A DNA stretch of 28,028 nucleotides, from NCBI GenBank assembly GCA_002269645.1, contig NIVC01005040.1, positions 1-28,028 of the forward strand. Reading direction: 5' to 3'. This document shows, piece by piece, positions 1 to 11,495 of the stretch. The DNA comes from Macrostomum lignano (lineage: Eukaryota). Both the position numbers and the translations under genes were made by a program. Positions within the stretch are counted from its first letter, which is position 1, and each line of letters opens with the position of its first letter. The notes under the pieces were generated by a model. It did not search any database. It was not told where the DNA came from and saw only the letters and a list, made by a program, of their open reading frames with translations.

Positions 1-1080
1 GAGACGCCGTCGGCCCACAGACTTCCCCCGACTTGAGGCAACGAACAGCGGCGCGGAGCTCGCCGATATAGAAGAGGGCAGGGGGTAATCTGTGACTGCC
101 GTGGCCTCGTTGGCTTCGTAGCGGATTGCAGTATCCTGACGGCGTCTGGGGACTCGGCTCACTTCCGCGTACATCTGGCAGAAAAGCTCTGCCTTTTCTT
201 TGTTAGTGCGGGCCGTGCGCGCGGGACGTTTTCTGAGGCGGGTCTGGTAAATCGCTGCGGAGTCCCCTGTCTTGTACCCTTCGCCTCTCATGGCGCGAAA
301 GGGCCAAAGATGTCGGAGCCCTGGTGGAAATGTGCCGCTCTTTCCAGCAGAAAGGCTTTCTTTTCCTTGTTGAGGCAGTCTGAGGCATTATGCCGGGCCC
401 GTGCGGCTGCGGCAAGGTTCTCCGGGGTCGGGTCGGCTTCGGCGACCTGACGTGCTGCTTTGGTCGCTTTCGTGGCATCCTCGCACGCGTCGTTCCAGAA
501 TGGGAGCCGGCGCGTTGGCTTCCCTGAGCTGCGCGGGATGTTGTGTCGCGCAGCTGAGAGTATTGCATCGGAAAGCCGAGTTGCCTCATCGTTGAGCGCG
601 ACCGCTTGTAGTTCGGAGTCGGCCCAGGCAGTCAAAACGGCCCAGTTTGCTTTCTTGCAGATCCAGCGTTTCTGTCCCTGGCGGATTGGCGGTCCGGCGT
701 TGGAGGCTGGGATGTTGCAGAAGATTGGCAGGTGGTCGCTGCCCCAGTCGGGGCCAGTTCTCCAGGAGTCAATCGGGGCGCCGGAGAGGGCGCTGCTGCA
801 GATCGTCACATCCGAACTGCTGATGCGACCTGTACTGGGGCACTGTACAGGGGCACCTGTGGGGCACCTGTTGGTTGAGTTGCAGATGGTCAGGCCGTTG
901 CGAGCAACCCATTCATCAACCGTTTGGCACCTGGCATCCTCGTCGAGGTGATGTTCCCAGCTGCCATGGGCGTTGAAGTCGCCCCCGAGGATGGCTCTGC
1001 CGGTGACCGGTAGGTTGTTGAAGGTTGGCTGCCAGGCGTCATCAGGGCGTTGGCAACTGGTGGGTGGAGCGTAAGTGGTT
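1..1080 (-). mobile_element. Degenerate, 5'-truncated non-LTR retrotransposon (APE endonuclease, linker, start of RT); continues beyond the left edge
   Basis: ORF 288-1112 has the C-terminal half of an APE/EEP endonuclease (YAPP, ILGGDFNAH, DVTIC, WGSDHLPI) followed by typical linker motifs (WICKKANW, PFWNDAC). After a frameshift near 305 the frame reads TNKEKAELFCQMYAEVS. At 1-80, pieces in shifted frames read FYIGELRAAVRCLKSG / KSVG / DGV, matching the RT domain-0 EL..A...LK..K.PG.DG motif. Clade (I/Nimb/Jockey-like) is inference. Confidence 0.92.
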
Positions 1081-1160
1081 CTGCTCCTGCTCCCGCTCCT
1101 GCTCCTATACATGTACTCCTGCTCCTTCTTACGACTCGTATGCCGCTCTGCTCCTGCTCA
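1081..1160 (+). repeat. Short degenerate (CTCCTG)n microsatellite at the 5' truncation point of the LINE
   Basis: ctgctcctgctcccgctcctgctcc...ctcctgctcc...ctgctcctgctc; endonuclease similarity stops at this tract. Confidence 0.6.
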
Positions 1161-2161
1161 ATGGGCATCAATTATCTAGTCATACTACTGAACAGTACAA
1201 AATAGCAATTAGCTATTCTGTAAAATTCAGCCCTAGAGGACATCTCTAGCGACTGCACGAGCGCCACTTTGATTCATTTCATGTCCAGCGCATTAGAGGT
1301 CAAGCAAGAACAGAGCGGAGAAGCATCCTTCCACTCTTCTTTAGCTTCAGGTGCGCAAAAAGTCCACGACGTGCCTCGTTAAGTCAGTTCGGTCTGCTCC
1401 CAGTGCTTGGCCTCTTTGTATCGCAAACGATCTATCCTGAATGATTTTTTGCAAAATTTGGTAACTAACTGTTAGTCAAAGAGCATTATTCGATGCTTTC
1501 TTCACAGTATGCATTCAATATGATTTTGGTCAGCAGCATGTTGTAGATGGTGGAGCAGACAGAAGCAAGATGGCCCCTGTTACTATTTCTATGCACATTG
1601 CACTGAAAATTCAGACATTCAAACAGTTCATGAGGCCATCGCGTGTTACGCTGCTTAGGAACAAGAGACCCAGTAAAGATAAAAGCTGTTTTGGAAAATG
1701 CACTTTGTACTTAGGAATAATGCATTTATTTTTTGCTAATTCTTGCGTGACACAATAGTGCCACTCACTGCAATACATACACACACAAAATCTCTGTACT
1801 GAATCATAATTTCATAAATGTTTTCAAAGACAATCACAGTTACAAAGTTAAAAGTTAATTCAAAGTTAATAAAGTTCTAACTGGACTTTTCTAGCCTGCC
1901 GGTTACTTTTTTCGTATCTTCATACCTTTGCAGACGAAGGTTCCAGGCGTTTGCGCTGTCGTGCACTGGGTGTACTTTTACCGGGCATTAAATTTCCTAT
2001 ACAGCTTCCTAAATCTCTTGCCGTCTGTAGTAGTTGGCTGGGGCGGTCAATACGAGCTCAATGGTAAATACGAGTCGACATGTACTGTCTGAGTTCAGTA
2101 CGTCTGAGTTATCACTAAACAGTTGTTCGGTTTCATAAACATAAATTCTGCGTTCAACACT

Positions 2162-2262
2162 TAGGTAACAATGCAGGTAACAATGCACTACTGACTACAG
2201 GTAAACAAAACACTACTGACTACAGGTAAACAACACACTACTGACTACAGGTAACAATACAC
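2162..2262 (+). repeat. Short tandem repeat (~23-24 bp unit CACTACTGACTACAGGTAAACAA(A/C)A, ~3 copies, plus AGGTAACAATGC x2)
   Basis: Direct reading of the repeated units. Confidence 0.75.
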
Positions 2263-2860
2263 AAAGCTGACACAAAAATGCCTAAATAGCATTCACAATT
2301 GATCCAGCAATATACAATGCCCCTCAAAGCATTACTTTTTTCTGAACTCAAAACGAAATGAAAAAATTATCATAAGAATAAATTTTCTGTGTCTTTCAGA
2401 TTTCGCTATCCGAACATGCTAAATTACAGTCAAATTTAATGATCCAGAGAAGACAATTAATTTATTGTATTTCCAGTCGCCAGCGTCCTTCAGGTTGGTG
2501 TCTTCAAATCATAACAAACATTGAACCGTACACACTGTATGTGTTCAATTTCGGCCACTGGTGACATATAAATACACTACCGTAGTCTCTATTTAGAACC
2601 GGTTTGCCGCAATGTGGTTAAAAGACAGCGGTGTGTTTGATTGAATTCTATACTTCTAGTTAACAATGCAGTTCCTTGTGCATCATTCTGAGATGGCTCT
2701 GTTTAAATATTGACGCTATTTTCGGGGCGATATTCCCATAAATAATTTTCTATAGCACTTGAATAGCACGGATTTGTATAAGCACGTATGTTTACTCTAC
2801 CGAATCCTGTTCATTCAGGCTGGTTGTGGAGCTCCAAATGGCACCTGAGGCGGCAATTAG

Positions 2861-4258
2861 GCTCCTGGAGTGACAAAGGAGCTGTTGAGGTGACAAAGTA
2901 GCTCCTAGAGTGACAAAGTAGCTAATTGAGTGACAAAGTAGCTGATTGGGTGACAAAGTAGCTTTTGGAGTGACAAAGTAGCTCCTGGAGTGACAAAGTA
3001 GCTTTTGGAGTGACAAAGTAGCTCCTGGCGTGACTAAGTAGCTGTTGAGGTGACAAAGTAGCTCCTGGAGTGACTAAGTAGCTGTTGAGGTGACAAAGTA
3101 GCTCCTGGAGTGACAAAGTAGCTGTTGAAGTGACAAAGTAGCTCATGGAGTGTGGAGTGACAAAGTAGCTGTTGGAGTGACAAAGTAGCTCATGGAGTGA
3201 CAAAGTAGCTCCTGGAGTGACAAAGTAGCGGTTGGAGTGACAAAGTAGCTAATTGAGTGACAAAGTAGCTGTTGGAGTGACAAAGTAGCGGTTGGAGTGA
3301 CAAAGTAGCTAATTGAGTGACAAAGTAGCTGTTGGAGTGAAAAAGTAGCGGTTGGAGTGACAAAGTAGCTCATGGAGTGACAAAGTAGCTGTTGGAGTGA
3401 CAAAGTAGCTCATGGAGTGACAAAGTAGCTGTTGGAGTGACAAAGTAGCTCCTGGAGTGACAAATTAGCGGCTGGAGTGACAAAGTAGCGGTTGGAGTGA
3501 CAAAGTAGCTGTTGGAGTGACAAAGTAGCTGTTGGAGTGACAAAGTAGCTCCTTGAGTGACAAAGTAGCTCCTGGAGTGACAAAGTAGCTCCTGGAGTGA
3601 CAGAGTAGCGGTTGGAGTGACAAAGTAGCTAATTGAGTGACTAAGTAGCGGTTGGAGTGACAAAGTAGCTCCTGGAGTGACTAAGTAGCTAATAGAGTGA
3701 CAAAGTAGCTCATGGAGTGATAAAGTAGCTTATAGAGTGACAAAGTAGCTCCTGGAGTGACAAAGTAGCTGTTGGAGTGACAAAGTAGCTCATGGAGTGA
3801 TAAAGTAGCTAATAGAGTGACAAAGTAGCTGTTGGAGTGACAAAGTAGCTGTTGAAGTGACAAAGTAGCTGTTGGAGTGACAAAGTAGCTCATGGAGTGA
3901 CAAAGTAGCTCATGGAGTGACAAAGTAGCTCCTGGAGTGACAGAGTAGCGGTTGGAGTGACAAAGTAGCTCCTTGAGTGACAAAGTAGCTCCTGGAGTGA
4001 CAAAGTAGCTCCTGGAGTGACAGAGTAGCGGTTGGAGTGACAAAGTAGCTAATTGAGTGACTAAGTAGCGGTTGGAGTGACAAAGTAGCTCCTTGAGGGA
4101 AAAAGTAGCTCCTGGAGTGACAAAGTAGCGGTTGGAGTGACAAAGTAGCTAATTGAGTGACAAAGTAGCGGTTGGAGTGACAAAGTAGCTCATGGAGTGA
4201 CAAAGTAGCTCCTGGAGTGACAAAGTAGCTGTTGGAGGGACAAAGCTTATAGAGTGAC
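2861..4258 (+). repeat. 20-bp minisatellite, consensus GGAGTGACAAAGTAGCTCCT, ~70 copies with variant units
   Basis: Strict 20-nt periodicity. The invariant core GAGTGACAAAGTAGC is followed by a variable segment (TCCT/TGTT/GGTT/TAAT/TCAT...). Confidence 0.97.
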
Positions 4259-4786
4259 ATCTGCAGTGTTAGGCTGATTTCTAGGCAGGCAAGTGCTTTA
4301 AAGAGTGCTATATAGGCTGGCAGTTGAAACTGTAGTTGATAATTACTTAAAAATCGCGTCTGCTCGCCCAGGGCACTGAGTTGCACCGAAAGCATCTGCT
4401 GAACAAGTGCAACGCTGGTGAAAAAGCCCTAATAGACGCAATTCTCGACGTTCAAGCTTTGACAGAGCTTAACAGAACTAAGAGAATTACGATTTGTTTT
4501 AATGCGCACTCCGTCTTGCCCTCCAGACTTGGCGGCGCGCAATTCAGTCGGTTCATTCGCACTTGGCCTGACTGACTGACTAACTGACTGATTTTTGCTA
4601 GTTGCGCAGTCAAGTCTGGATTTGCTAAAAAATTACTCTCGTTCTTGGCGCAATGAAGGGCGCAGAAGTGCGCACCCATCCCATACTAGAGTATAAGTAC
4701 ACCGAGGAGATAGTAGCAGCTTTACTGAACTCTGAGCTAGGTAGTTTGACTTGCGAAAATGGAGATTGCAGGATTTATTTAGTATA

Positions 4787-5792
4787 CCTTTTCAACTTCG
4801 GATTCGTCAAAATGAGTTCAAATTCGTCAGCGTATGCGAAACTATATAGCGCTCAAGGGGAAGAGAATGAGTGTCTGTGGTAAATTTTTAGAGAAAGTGA
4901 CTTCGAATTCGTATAAGTAAGTGAAATTCGTCAGTGCAAATACAGCCTGATCAGAAAAAGTGTTTGCTTTGTCCATGGTAAGAAAAGAAGGTGTCTATGG
5001 TAAGTTTAAGTAAGAAAGTGAGTGAAGTTCGTGTGTGGAAAAGTAGCCAATTTCTTGAAATCTTCATTTCATGCTTCGATTGTTTTCAGAGATGCCCTGC
5101 ATGACAACAAACAGCCAATGTAACGCACAAAGTCCCGTCAAGTCGACGACTGATTGCCTGCGTTGTCAGCAGGAGCAGCAGGAAAATCTGCAACAAGCTT
5201 TTGCTGCATTTCTTTGAGGGTCACAGTCGGCTTCTCTTCCACATACCTCGTCAACCCCCGAGCATCTCCTCAGAAAGCTTTGGTCTCACTAAAAAAACTA
5301 AACGCACCTCCATGCGCGTTTAGATCAATCCTACCCTCATCAACATATCTCCTGATGATGTCACTGGCAGTTGTCCTCTTCATATCCAGTTCAATTGCGA
5401 GTTACATGTATCTCCAGTCTCGTCTTTGTTGAAAACATCGCACGAGTCTAGAGCGATCCACAGACGAAATTCTCATGCAGGGCATCTCTGACAACAATCA
5501 AAGCATGAAATGAAGATTTCAAGAAATTGGGCCACTTTTCCACACACGAACTTCACTCACTTTCTTACTTAAACTTACCATAGACACCTTCTTTTCTTAC
5601 CATGGACAAAGCAAACACTTTTTCTGATCAGGCTGTATTTGCACTAACGAATTTCACTTACTTAGACGAATTCGAGGTCACTTTCTCAAAAAATTTACCA
5701 CAGACACTCATTCTCTTCCCCTTGAGCGCTATATAGTTTTGCATACGCTGACGAATTTGAACTCACTTTTGACGAATCCGAAGTTGAAAAGG
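4787..5792 (-). mobile_element. Non-autonomous, internally deleted IS630/Tc1/mariner DNA transposon with ~320-bp terminal inverted repeats and TA target duplication
   Basis: 4787-5104 is the near-perfect reverse complement of 5473-5792 (termini CCTTTTCAACTTCGGATTCGTC.../...GACGAATCCGAAGTTGAAAAGG), flanked by TA at 4785-4786 and 5793-5794. The interior encodes a broken transposase N-terminus on the minus strand. Confidence 0.88.
5105..5485 (-). pseudogene. Transposase N-terminal (HTH) remnant, IS630/Tc1-like; DDE domain absent
   Basis: From ATG 5485: MPCMRISSVDRSRLVRCFQQRRDWRYM*LAIELDMKRTTASDIIRRYVDEGRIDLNAHGG, then frameshifted pieces KLSEEML / LTRYVEEKPTVTLKEMQQKLVADFP / TTQAISRRLDG. This fits the HTH-GG-KL-PT.TL.E-S..TI.R.L pattern of IS630/Tc1 transposases. 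Confidence 0.75.
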
Positions 5793-6030
5793 TATACTTG
5801 AATCAAACGAATGATAAATTTCATTATCAAATTTAAATCTGGTCTTCATCGACTCGAGCGATGAACTAAAACACCGTCTTAATGGCACTGTTGCATATTT
5901 ATTGTATTTAGCTGCCAGACATGACTGACCTTCGCTCCTCCTCGATGCCTCTCTCACCGAAACCCTTTACCTATCACCAGTCTCTCGCTAAGCTCAGTGT
6001 CTCAGTGAGATTCCGTACGTTAGTCTGGGT

Positions 6031-6675
6031 TTCCCCACTCTCTCATTTCTCTTCGACACTCTATCATCTCTCTTCCCCACTCTCTTATCTCTTTTCCCCA
6101 CTCTCTCATCTCTCTTCCCCACTCTCATCTCTCTTCCCCACTCTCTCATCTCTCTTCCCCACTCTATCATCTCTCTTCCCCACTCTCATCTCTCTTCTTC
6201 CCCACTCTCTCATCTCTCTTCCCCACTCTCATCTCTCTTCCCCACTCTCTCATCTCTCTTCCCCACTCTATCATCTCTCTTCCCTCACTCTCATCTCTCT
6301 TCTTCCCCACTCTCTCATCTCTCTTCCCCACTGTCTTATCTCTTTTCCCCACTCTCTCATCTCTCTTCCCCACTCTCTCATCTCTCTTCCCCACTCTCTC
6401 ATCTCTCTTCCCCACTCTCTCATCTCTCTTCCCCACTCTCTCATCTCTCTTCCCCACTCTCTCATCTCTCTTCCCCACTCTATCATCTCTCTTCCCCACT
6501 CTCTCATCTCTCTTCTTCCCCACTCTCTCATCTCTCTTCCCCACTGTCTTATCTCTTTTCCCCACTCTCTCATATCTCTTCCCCACTCTCTCATCTCTCT
6601 CCCCACTCTATAATCTCTCTTCTCCACTGTCTTATCTCTCTTCCCCACTCTCTACTCTCTCTTCTCCACTCTCTG
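6031..6675 (+). repeat. Pyrimidine-rich ~21-bp minisatellite (CCCACTCTCTCATCTCTCTTC)
   Basis: 21-nt periodicity with 19- and 24-nt indel variants. Confidence 0.95.
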
Positions 6676-7063
6676 TTTACAGTAAGACAGAGCGCACACC
6701 TACGGAGAGAAATGAGTTACTGTTGTTTTTTGCACTTTAGTCCCCTCCCTCTGCTCACGCGGCTAACCACAGTGTATTTATTTTTATTTGGCCATTGTAA
6801 TGCTTGCTGGATCCTTGATTAACAGGGAGGGGGGAAACGAGTCGAGAACTGACTTCCCAACGAGCTTTGTAAGCCCCAACAGAAAAGTACGAGGGTTTGT
6901 TTTGACAGAATCGTTTATGTCCCCGGCAAATTATCAGTTCCGACCGCAATTGTCTCTACTCTCCGTGATTTATGGTCTCGACACAAGTTTTTGCCTTCGT
7001 GAAGTCTTTTATTTCTCATTTCCTAGCTTTTTTGTACTCAAACTGTACTCAAACCCTACCATT

Positions 7064-8033
7064 TGCCTTCCCTTTCTGTCACTTTCTCTCCCTTCCAATT
7101 TTGTCACTCTCCCACTTTCCTCTTTGTCACTCTCTCCCTTCCTATTCTGTCACTCTCTGCCTTTCTATTCTGTCACTTTCTACCTTCCGATTCTGTCACT
7201 CTCTCCCTTCCCATTCTGTCACTCTCTGACTTCCCAATCTGTCCCTCTCTCCCTTCCCAATCTGTCCCTCTCTCCCTTCCCAATCTGTCCCTCTCTCCCT
7301 TCCCAATCTGTCACTCTCTCCCTTCCCAATCTGTCCCTCTCTCCTTTCCCAATCTGTCACTCTCTCCCTTCCCAATCTGTCACTCTCTCCCTTCCCAATC
7401 TGTCACTCTCTCCCTTCCCAATCTGTCACTCTCTCCCTTCCCAATCTGTCACTCTCTCCCTTCCCAATCTGTCACTCTCTCCCTTCCCAATCTGTCCCTC
7501 TCTCCCTTCCCAATCTGTCACTCTCTCCCTTCCCAATCTGTCACTCTCTCCCTTCCCAATCTGTCCCTCTCTCCCTTCCCAATCTGTCACTCTCTCCCTT
7601 CCCAATCTGTCCCTCTCTCCCTTCCCAATCTGTCACTCTCTCCCTTCCCATTCTGTCACTCTCTTCCTTCCCTTTCTGTCACTCTCTTCCTTCCCATTCT
7701 GTCACTCTCTGACTTTCCATTCTGTCACTCTTTTCCTTCCCATTCTGTCACTCTCTGACTTTCCATTCTGTCACTTTCTCTCACTTCCAATTTTTTCACT
7801 CACCCACTTTCCACTCTGTCACTCTCTCCCTTCCCATTCTGTCACTCTCTCCCTTCCCATTCTGTCACTCTCTCCCTTCCCATTCTGTCACTCTCTCCCT
7901 TCCCATTCTGTCACTCTCTCCCTTCCCATTCTGTCACTCTTTGCCTTCCCATTCTGTCACTCTCTCCCTTCCCATTCTGTCACTCTTTGCCTTCCCATTC
8001 TGTCACTCTTTGCCTTCCCATTCTGTCACTCTC
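7064..8033 (+). repeat. Pyrimidine-rich 23-bp minisatellite (CTGTCACTCTCTCCCTTCCCA(A/T)T)
   Basis: 23-nt periodicity; near-perfect centre and diverged edges. Confidence 0.96.
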
Positions 8034-8467
8034 AGTCAGAGTTCACTCAGAGAGTGCTTCAGTCTTATACACAATAAGCAGCATTAGGCGGCTCGGTCAT
8101 CTCTACTAGAACTGTCAGCGCCTGTTGACAGAAGCACTATTTCGGACTACACACGTCACAGAGCTGTACTAAAATACATGTATGAAGACCCGACTGCATT
8201 CGATTGTTATCTTGTAGAAAGAATTTACAAATCAGGCCTTGAGTGAAACAGTGCAACAGTATAACAGTGTTTTTGCAGTTCCAGAATCAGCGCTACTTGG
8301 GAGGTCTGGGCGCTCTCGTGTAGGTCTTTTCTGAAACGAACGGGTCTTGAAAAACGTGAAAATTGTTTGCCTTTTCGACTTGCAGTGTCATGCCAAAAGT
8401 AAGCTGAAATTTGTCTGGTTAACGATTTTCATACACTTTTGGCAGGAAAGTGGCAGTCTTGGAGTGT

Positions 8468-9975
8468 GGATGGCACAGGAATGGCAGGGACGGGAGAGGG
8501 AGCTGGGGGGATGGCTGGGAGAGAGCTGAGGGATGGCTGGGAGAGAGCTGGCGGATGGCTGGAGAGAGCTGGGGGATGGCTGGGAGAGAGCTGGCGGATG
8601 GCTGGGAGAGAGCTGGGGATGGCAGGGAGAGAGCTGGGGGATGGCTGGGAGAGCTGGGGGATGGCTGTGAGAGAGCTGGGGGATGGCAGGGAGAGCTGGG
8701 GGATGGCAGGGAGAGAGCTGGGGGATGGCAGGGAGAGAGCTGGGGGATGGCTGGGAGAGAGCTGGGGGATGGCTGGGAGAGAGCTGGGGGGATGGCTGGG
8801 AGAGAGCTGGGGATGGCAGGGAGAGCTGGAGGATGGCAGGGAGAGAGCTGGGGGATGGCAGGGAGAGCTGGAGGATGGCAGGGAGAGCTGGGGGATGGCT
8901 GGGAGAGAGCTGGGGGATGGCAGGGAGAGCTGGGGGATGGCAGGGAGAGAGCTGGGGGATGGCTGGGAGAGAGCTGGCGGATGGCTGGGAGAGCTGGGGG
9001 ATGGCTGGGAGAGAGCTGGGGGATGGCTGGGAGAGAGCTGGGGGATGGCTGGGAGAGCTGGGGGATGGCTGTGAGAGAGCTGGGGGATGGCAGGGAGAGC
9101 TGGGGGATGGCTGTGAGAGAGCTGGGGGATGGCAGGGAGAGCTGGGGGATGGCAGGGAGAGAGCTGGGGGATGGCAGGGAGAGAGCTGGGGGATGGCAGG
9201 GAGAGCTGGAGGATGGCAGGGAGAGAGCTGGCGGATGGCTGGGAGAGAGCTGGGGGATGGCTGGGAGAGAGCTGGGGGATGGCTGGGAGAGCTGGGGGAT
9301 GGCTGTGAGAGAGCTGGGGGATGGCAGGGAGAGCTGGGGGTGGCTGTGAGAGAGCTGGGGGATGGCAGGGAGAGCTGGGGATGGCAGGGAGAGAGCTGGG
9401 GGATGGCAGGGAGAGAGCTGGGGGATGGCTGGGAGAGAGCTGGGGGATGGCTGGGAGAGCTGGGGGATGGCTGGGAGAGAGCTGGGGGATGGCAGGGAGA
9501 GCTGGAGGATGGCAGGGAGAGAGCTGGGGGATGGCAGGGAGAGCTGGAGGATGGCAGGGAGAGCTGGGGGATGGCTGGGAGAGAGCTGGGGGATGGCAGG
9601 GAGAGCTGGGGGATGGCAGGAAGAGCTGGGGGATGGCAGGGAGAGCTGGGGGATGGCTGGGAGAGAGCTGGAGGATGGCAGGGAGACAGCTGGGGGATGG
9701 CAGGGAGAGCTGGGGGATGGCAGGGAGAGAGCTGGGGGATGGCTGGGAGAGAGCTGGGGGATGGCAGGGAGAGAGCTGGGGGATGGCTGGGAGAGAGCTG
9801 GGGGGTGGCTGGGAGAAATCTGGGGGCTGAGAGATGGCTGGGAGAGAGCTGGGGGATGACAGGGAGAGCTGGAGTGACGACAGGGAGAGCTGGAGTGACG
9901 GCAGGGAGAGCTGGAGTGACGGCAGGGAGAGCTGGAGTGACGGCAGGGAGAGCTGGAGTGATGGCAGGGATGGCA
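8468..9975 (+). repeat. G-rich 20-22-bp minisatellite (GGGAGA(GA)GCTGGGGGATGGC(A/T)) ending in a 21-bp sub-array (GGGAGAGCTGGAGTGACGGCA)
   Basis: Direct periodicity; long six-frame ORFs are repeat translations. Confidence 0.97.
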
Positions 9976-10559
9976 CACTAATGCCTTATCCTGGCATTTG
10001 TCTGGGAAGAGTCCTTCCTATTAGCCTATTCAGTATTAATAACCGAGTGGTTCAGTTCTTGCCATGATTTAGTTACCATGACGCAGCAGGCGGCCCACTC
10101 TGCCTGGACCCAATATGGCACGTGTGGGACCCCATGCAGCATTGCATTATCAGAGATAGAAGTTAATAAGAGCCTAGAGGTCGTTACTCAGGGGGTCACG
10201 GCCGGTCACCTAACTTCAGAAGCGCTACTCTCTGATTATTATGAAGGGTCAGCGCCGGCTTTTGTATTTACACTCTTCAAGTTATAAACACGACCCATGG
10301 AAGTTGGAACCCGTGTTTGCACTTATAGAACTCTTGTTGAAGCCAGTAAGAAAGGCAGAAAAATACTGCCAACCCGAATATTGCCTGTTTACTTCAGGTG
10401 AAATGATTGGAGGCAGGTGAGATAAAATTAGAAGCAACTCAGGGGTCCGCTTCGGGTCGGGAATATGCACTTTAATGCTTCACCTCTGAGGACACCCCAG
10501 TACTCAACTGTGGAAATAACATGTTAGTAGATTATTCAAGGGAAATCGAGACTAGGCAT

Positions 10560-10915
10560 CTGGAAGAGATTCGCGATCTGAGGGTGAGATTCGCGATCTG
10601 GGGGTGAGATTCGCGATCTGAGGGTGAGATTCGCGATCTGGGGGTGAGATTCGCGATCTGGGGGTGAGATTCGCGATCTGGGAGTGAGATTCGCGATCTG
10701 GGGGTGAGATTCGCGATCTGAGGGTGAGATTCGCGATCTGGGGGTGAGATTCGCAATCTGGGGGTGAGATTCGCGATCTGGGAGTGAGATTTGGGATCTG
10801 GGAGGGAGATTCGGGATCTGAGAGGGAGATGTGATATCTGGGAGTGAAATATGGGATATGGAAGTTAGATTTGCGACCTGGGAGTGAGATTTGGGATCTG
10901 GAAGGGAGATATGGT
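10560..10915 (+). repeat. 20-bp minisatellite (GGGGTGAGATTCGCGATCTG), degenerating rightwards
   Basis: About 11 near-perfect units at 10561-10780, then diverged units. Confidence 0.95.
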
Positions 10916-11495
10916 ATCCAAGCAGACTTTAATTGATGAGATTTTGTATGGGGAATGAGATCATGAGATCTAAGAGTACGATTGAATAAATTCTTAATTG
11001 CCATTTTTAACAGAAAAAATATTTTTAATCGCTAATCAATTACACCCCGCCTCAAACCCGCTTATCTATTCCAGCTCTCAGATGCAGGGCGGATTCAAAT
11101 TCAGTAATTATATAGCTTGTAAATAATGCCGTTTATCTATAGTCAGCATTGGCACGAGGCGGTGAGTCATTGCTCCTCTTCAAATTTATTGCTAAGTTAC
11201 CAAATCAAGTTCATGTATTATGAGAATAGACCGCTAGTCACCACGCGGATGAATGTGAATGCGTTTAGAGTGAGAAAATGCAATACTGGATGTTGATCCT
11301 GTATGACAGAGAAGAGAATCGAGGGTACAGCCAGAGACAGCAGAGCCACCCAAATTTTTAGCGCACCTGATTTCCAGGCGCTTCTGATACTAATAACTTA
11401 GACATCCGTGAAATGCTTTCGAGCTGGTGTGGCACCAAAGTAATGCTAGTGTGACGCTTCTCTGACGCCTCTGGCACTATTAGTGCATTCTACTA

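Noticed and set aside
2861-4258. CRISPR-like look (constant core plus variable segment)
   Set aside because: The variable part is only 4-5 nt drawn from a few recurring variants, the period is 20 nt, the context is eukaryotic and there are no cas genes.
4381-4786. Short ORFs flanking the transposon as an interrupted host gene
   Set aside because: Rejoining the empty site in either TSD register gives early stops, and I recognise no domain.
5921-9981. Long ORFs of 125-519 aa (Ser/Leu/Pro-rich or Gly/Trp/Glu-rich)
   Set aside because: They are translations of stop-free minisatellites, open in several frames on both strands, with no domain content.
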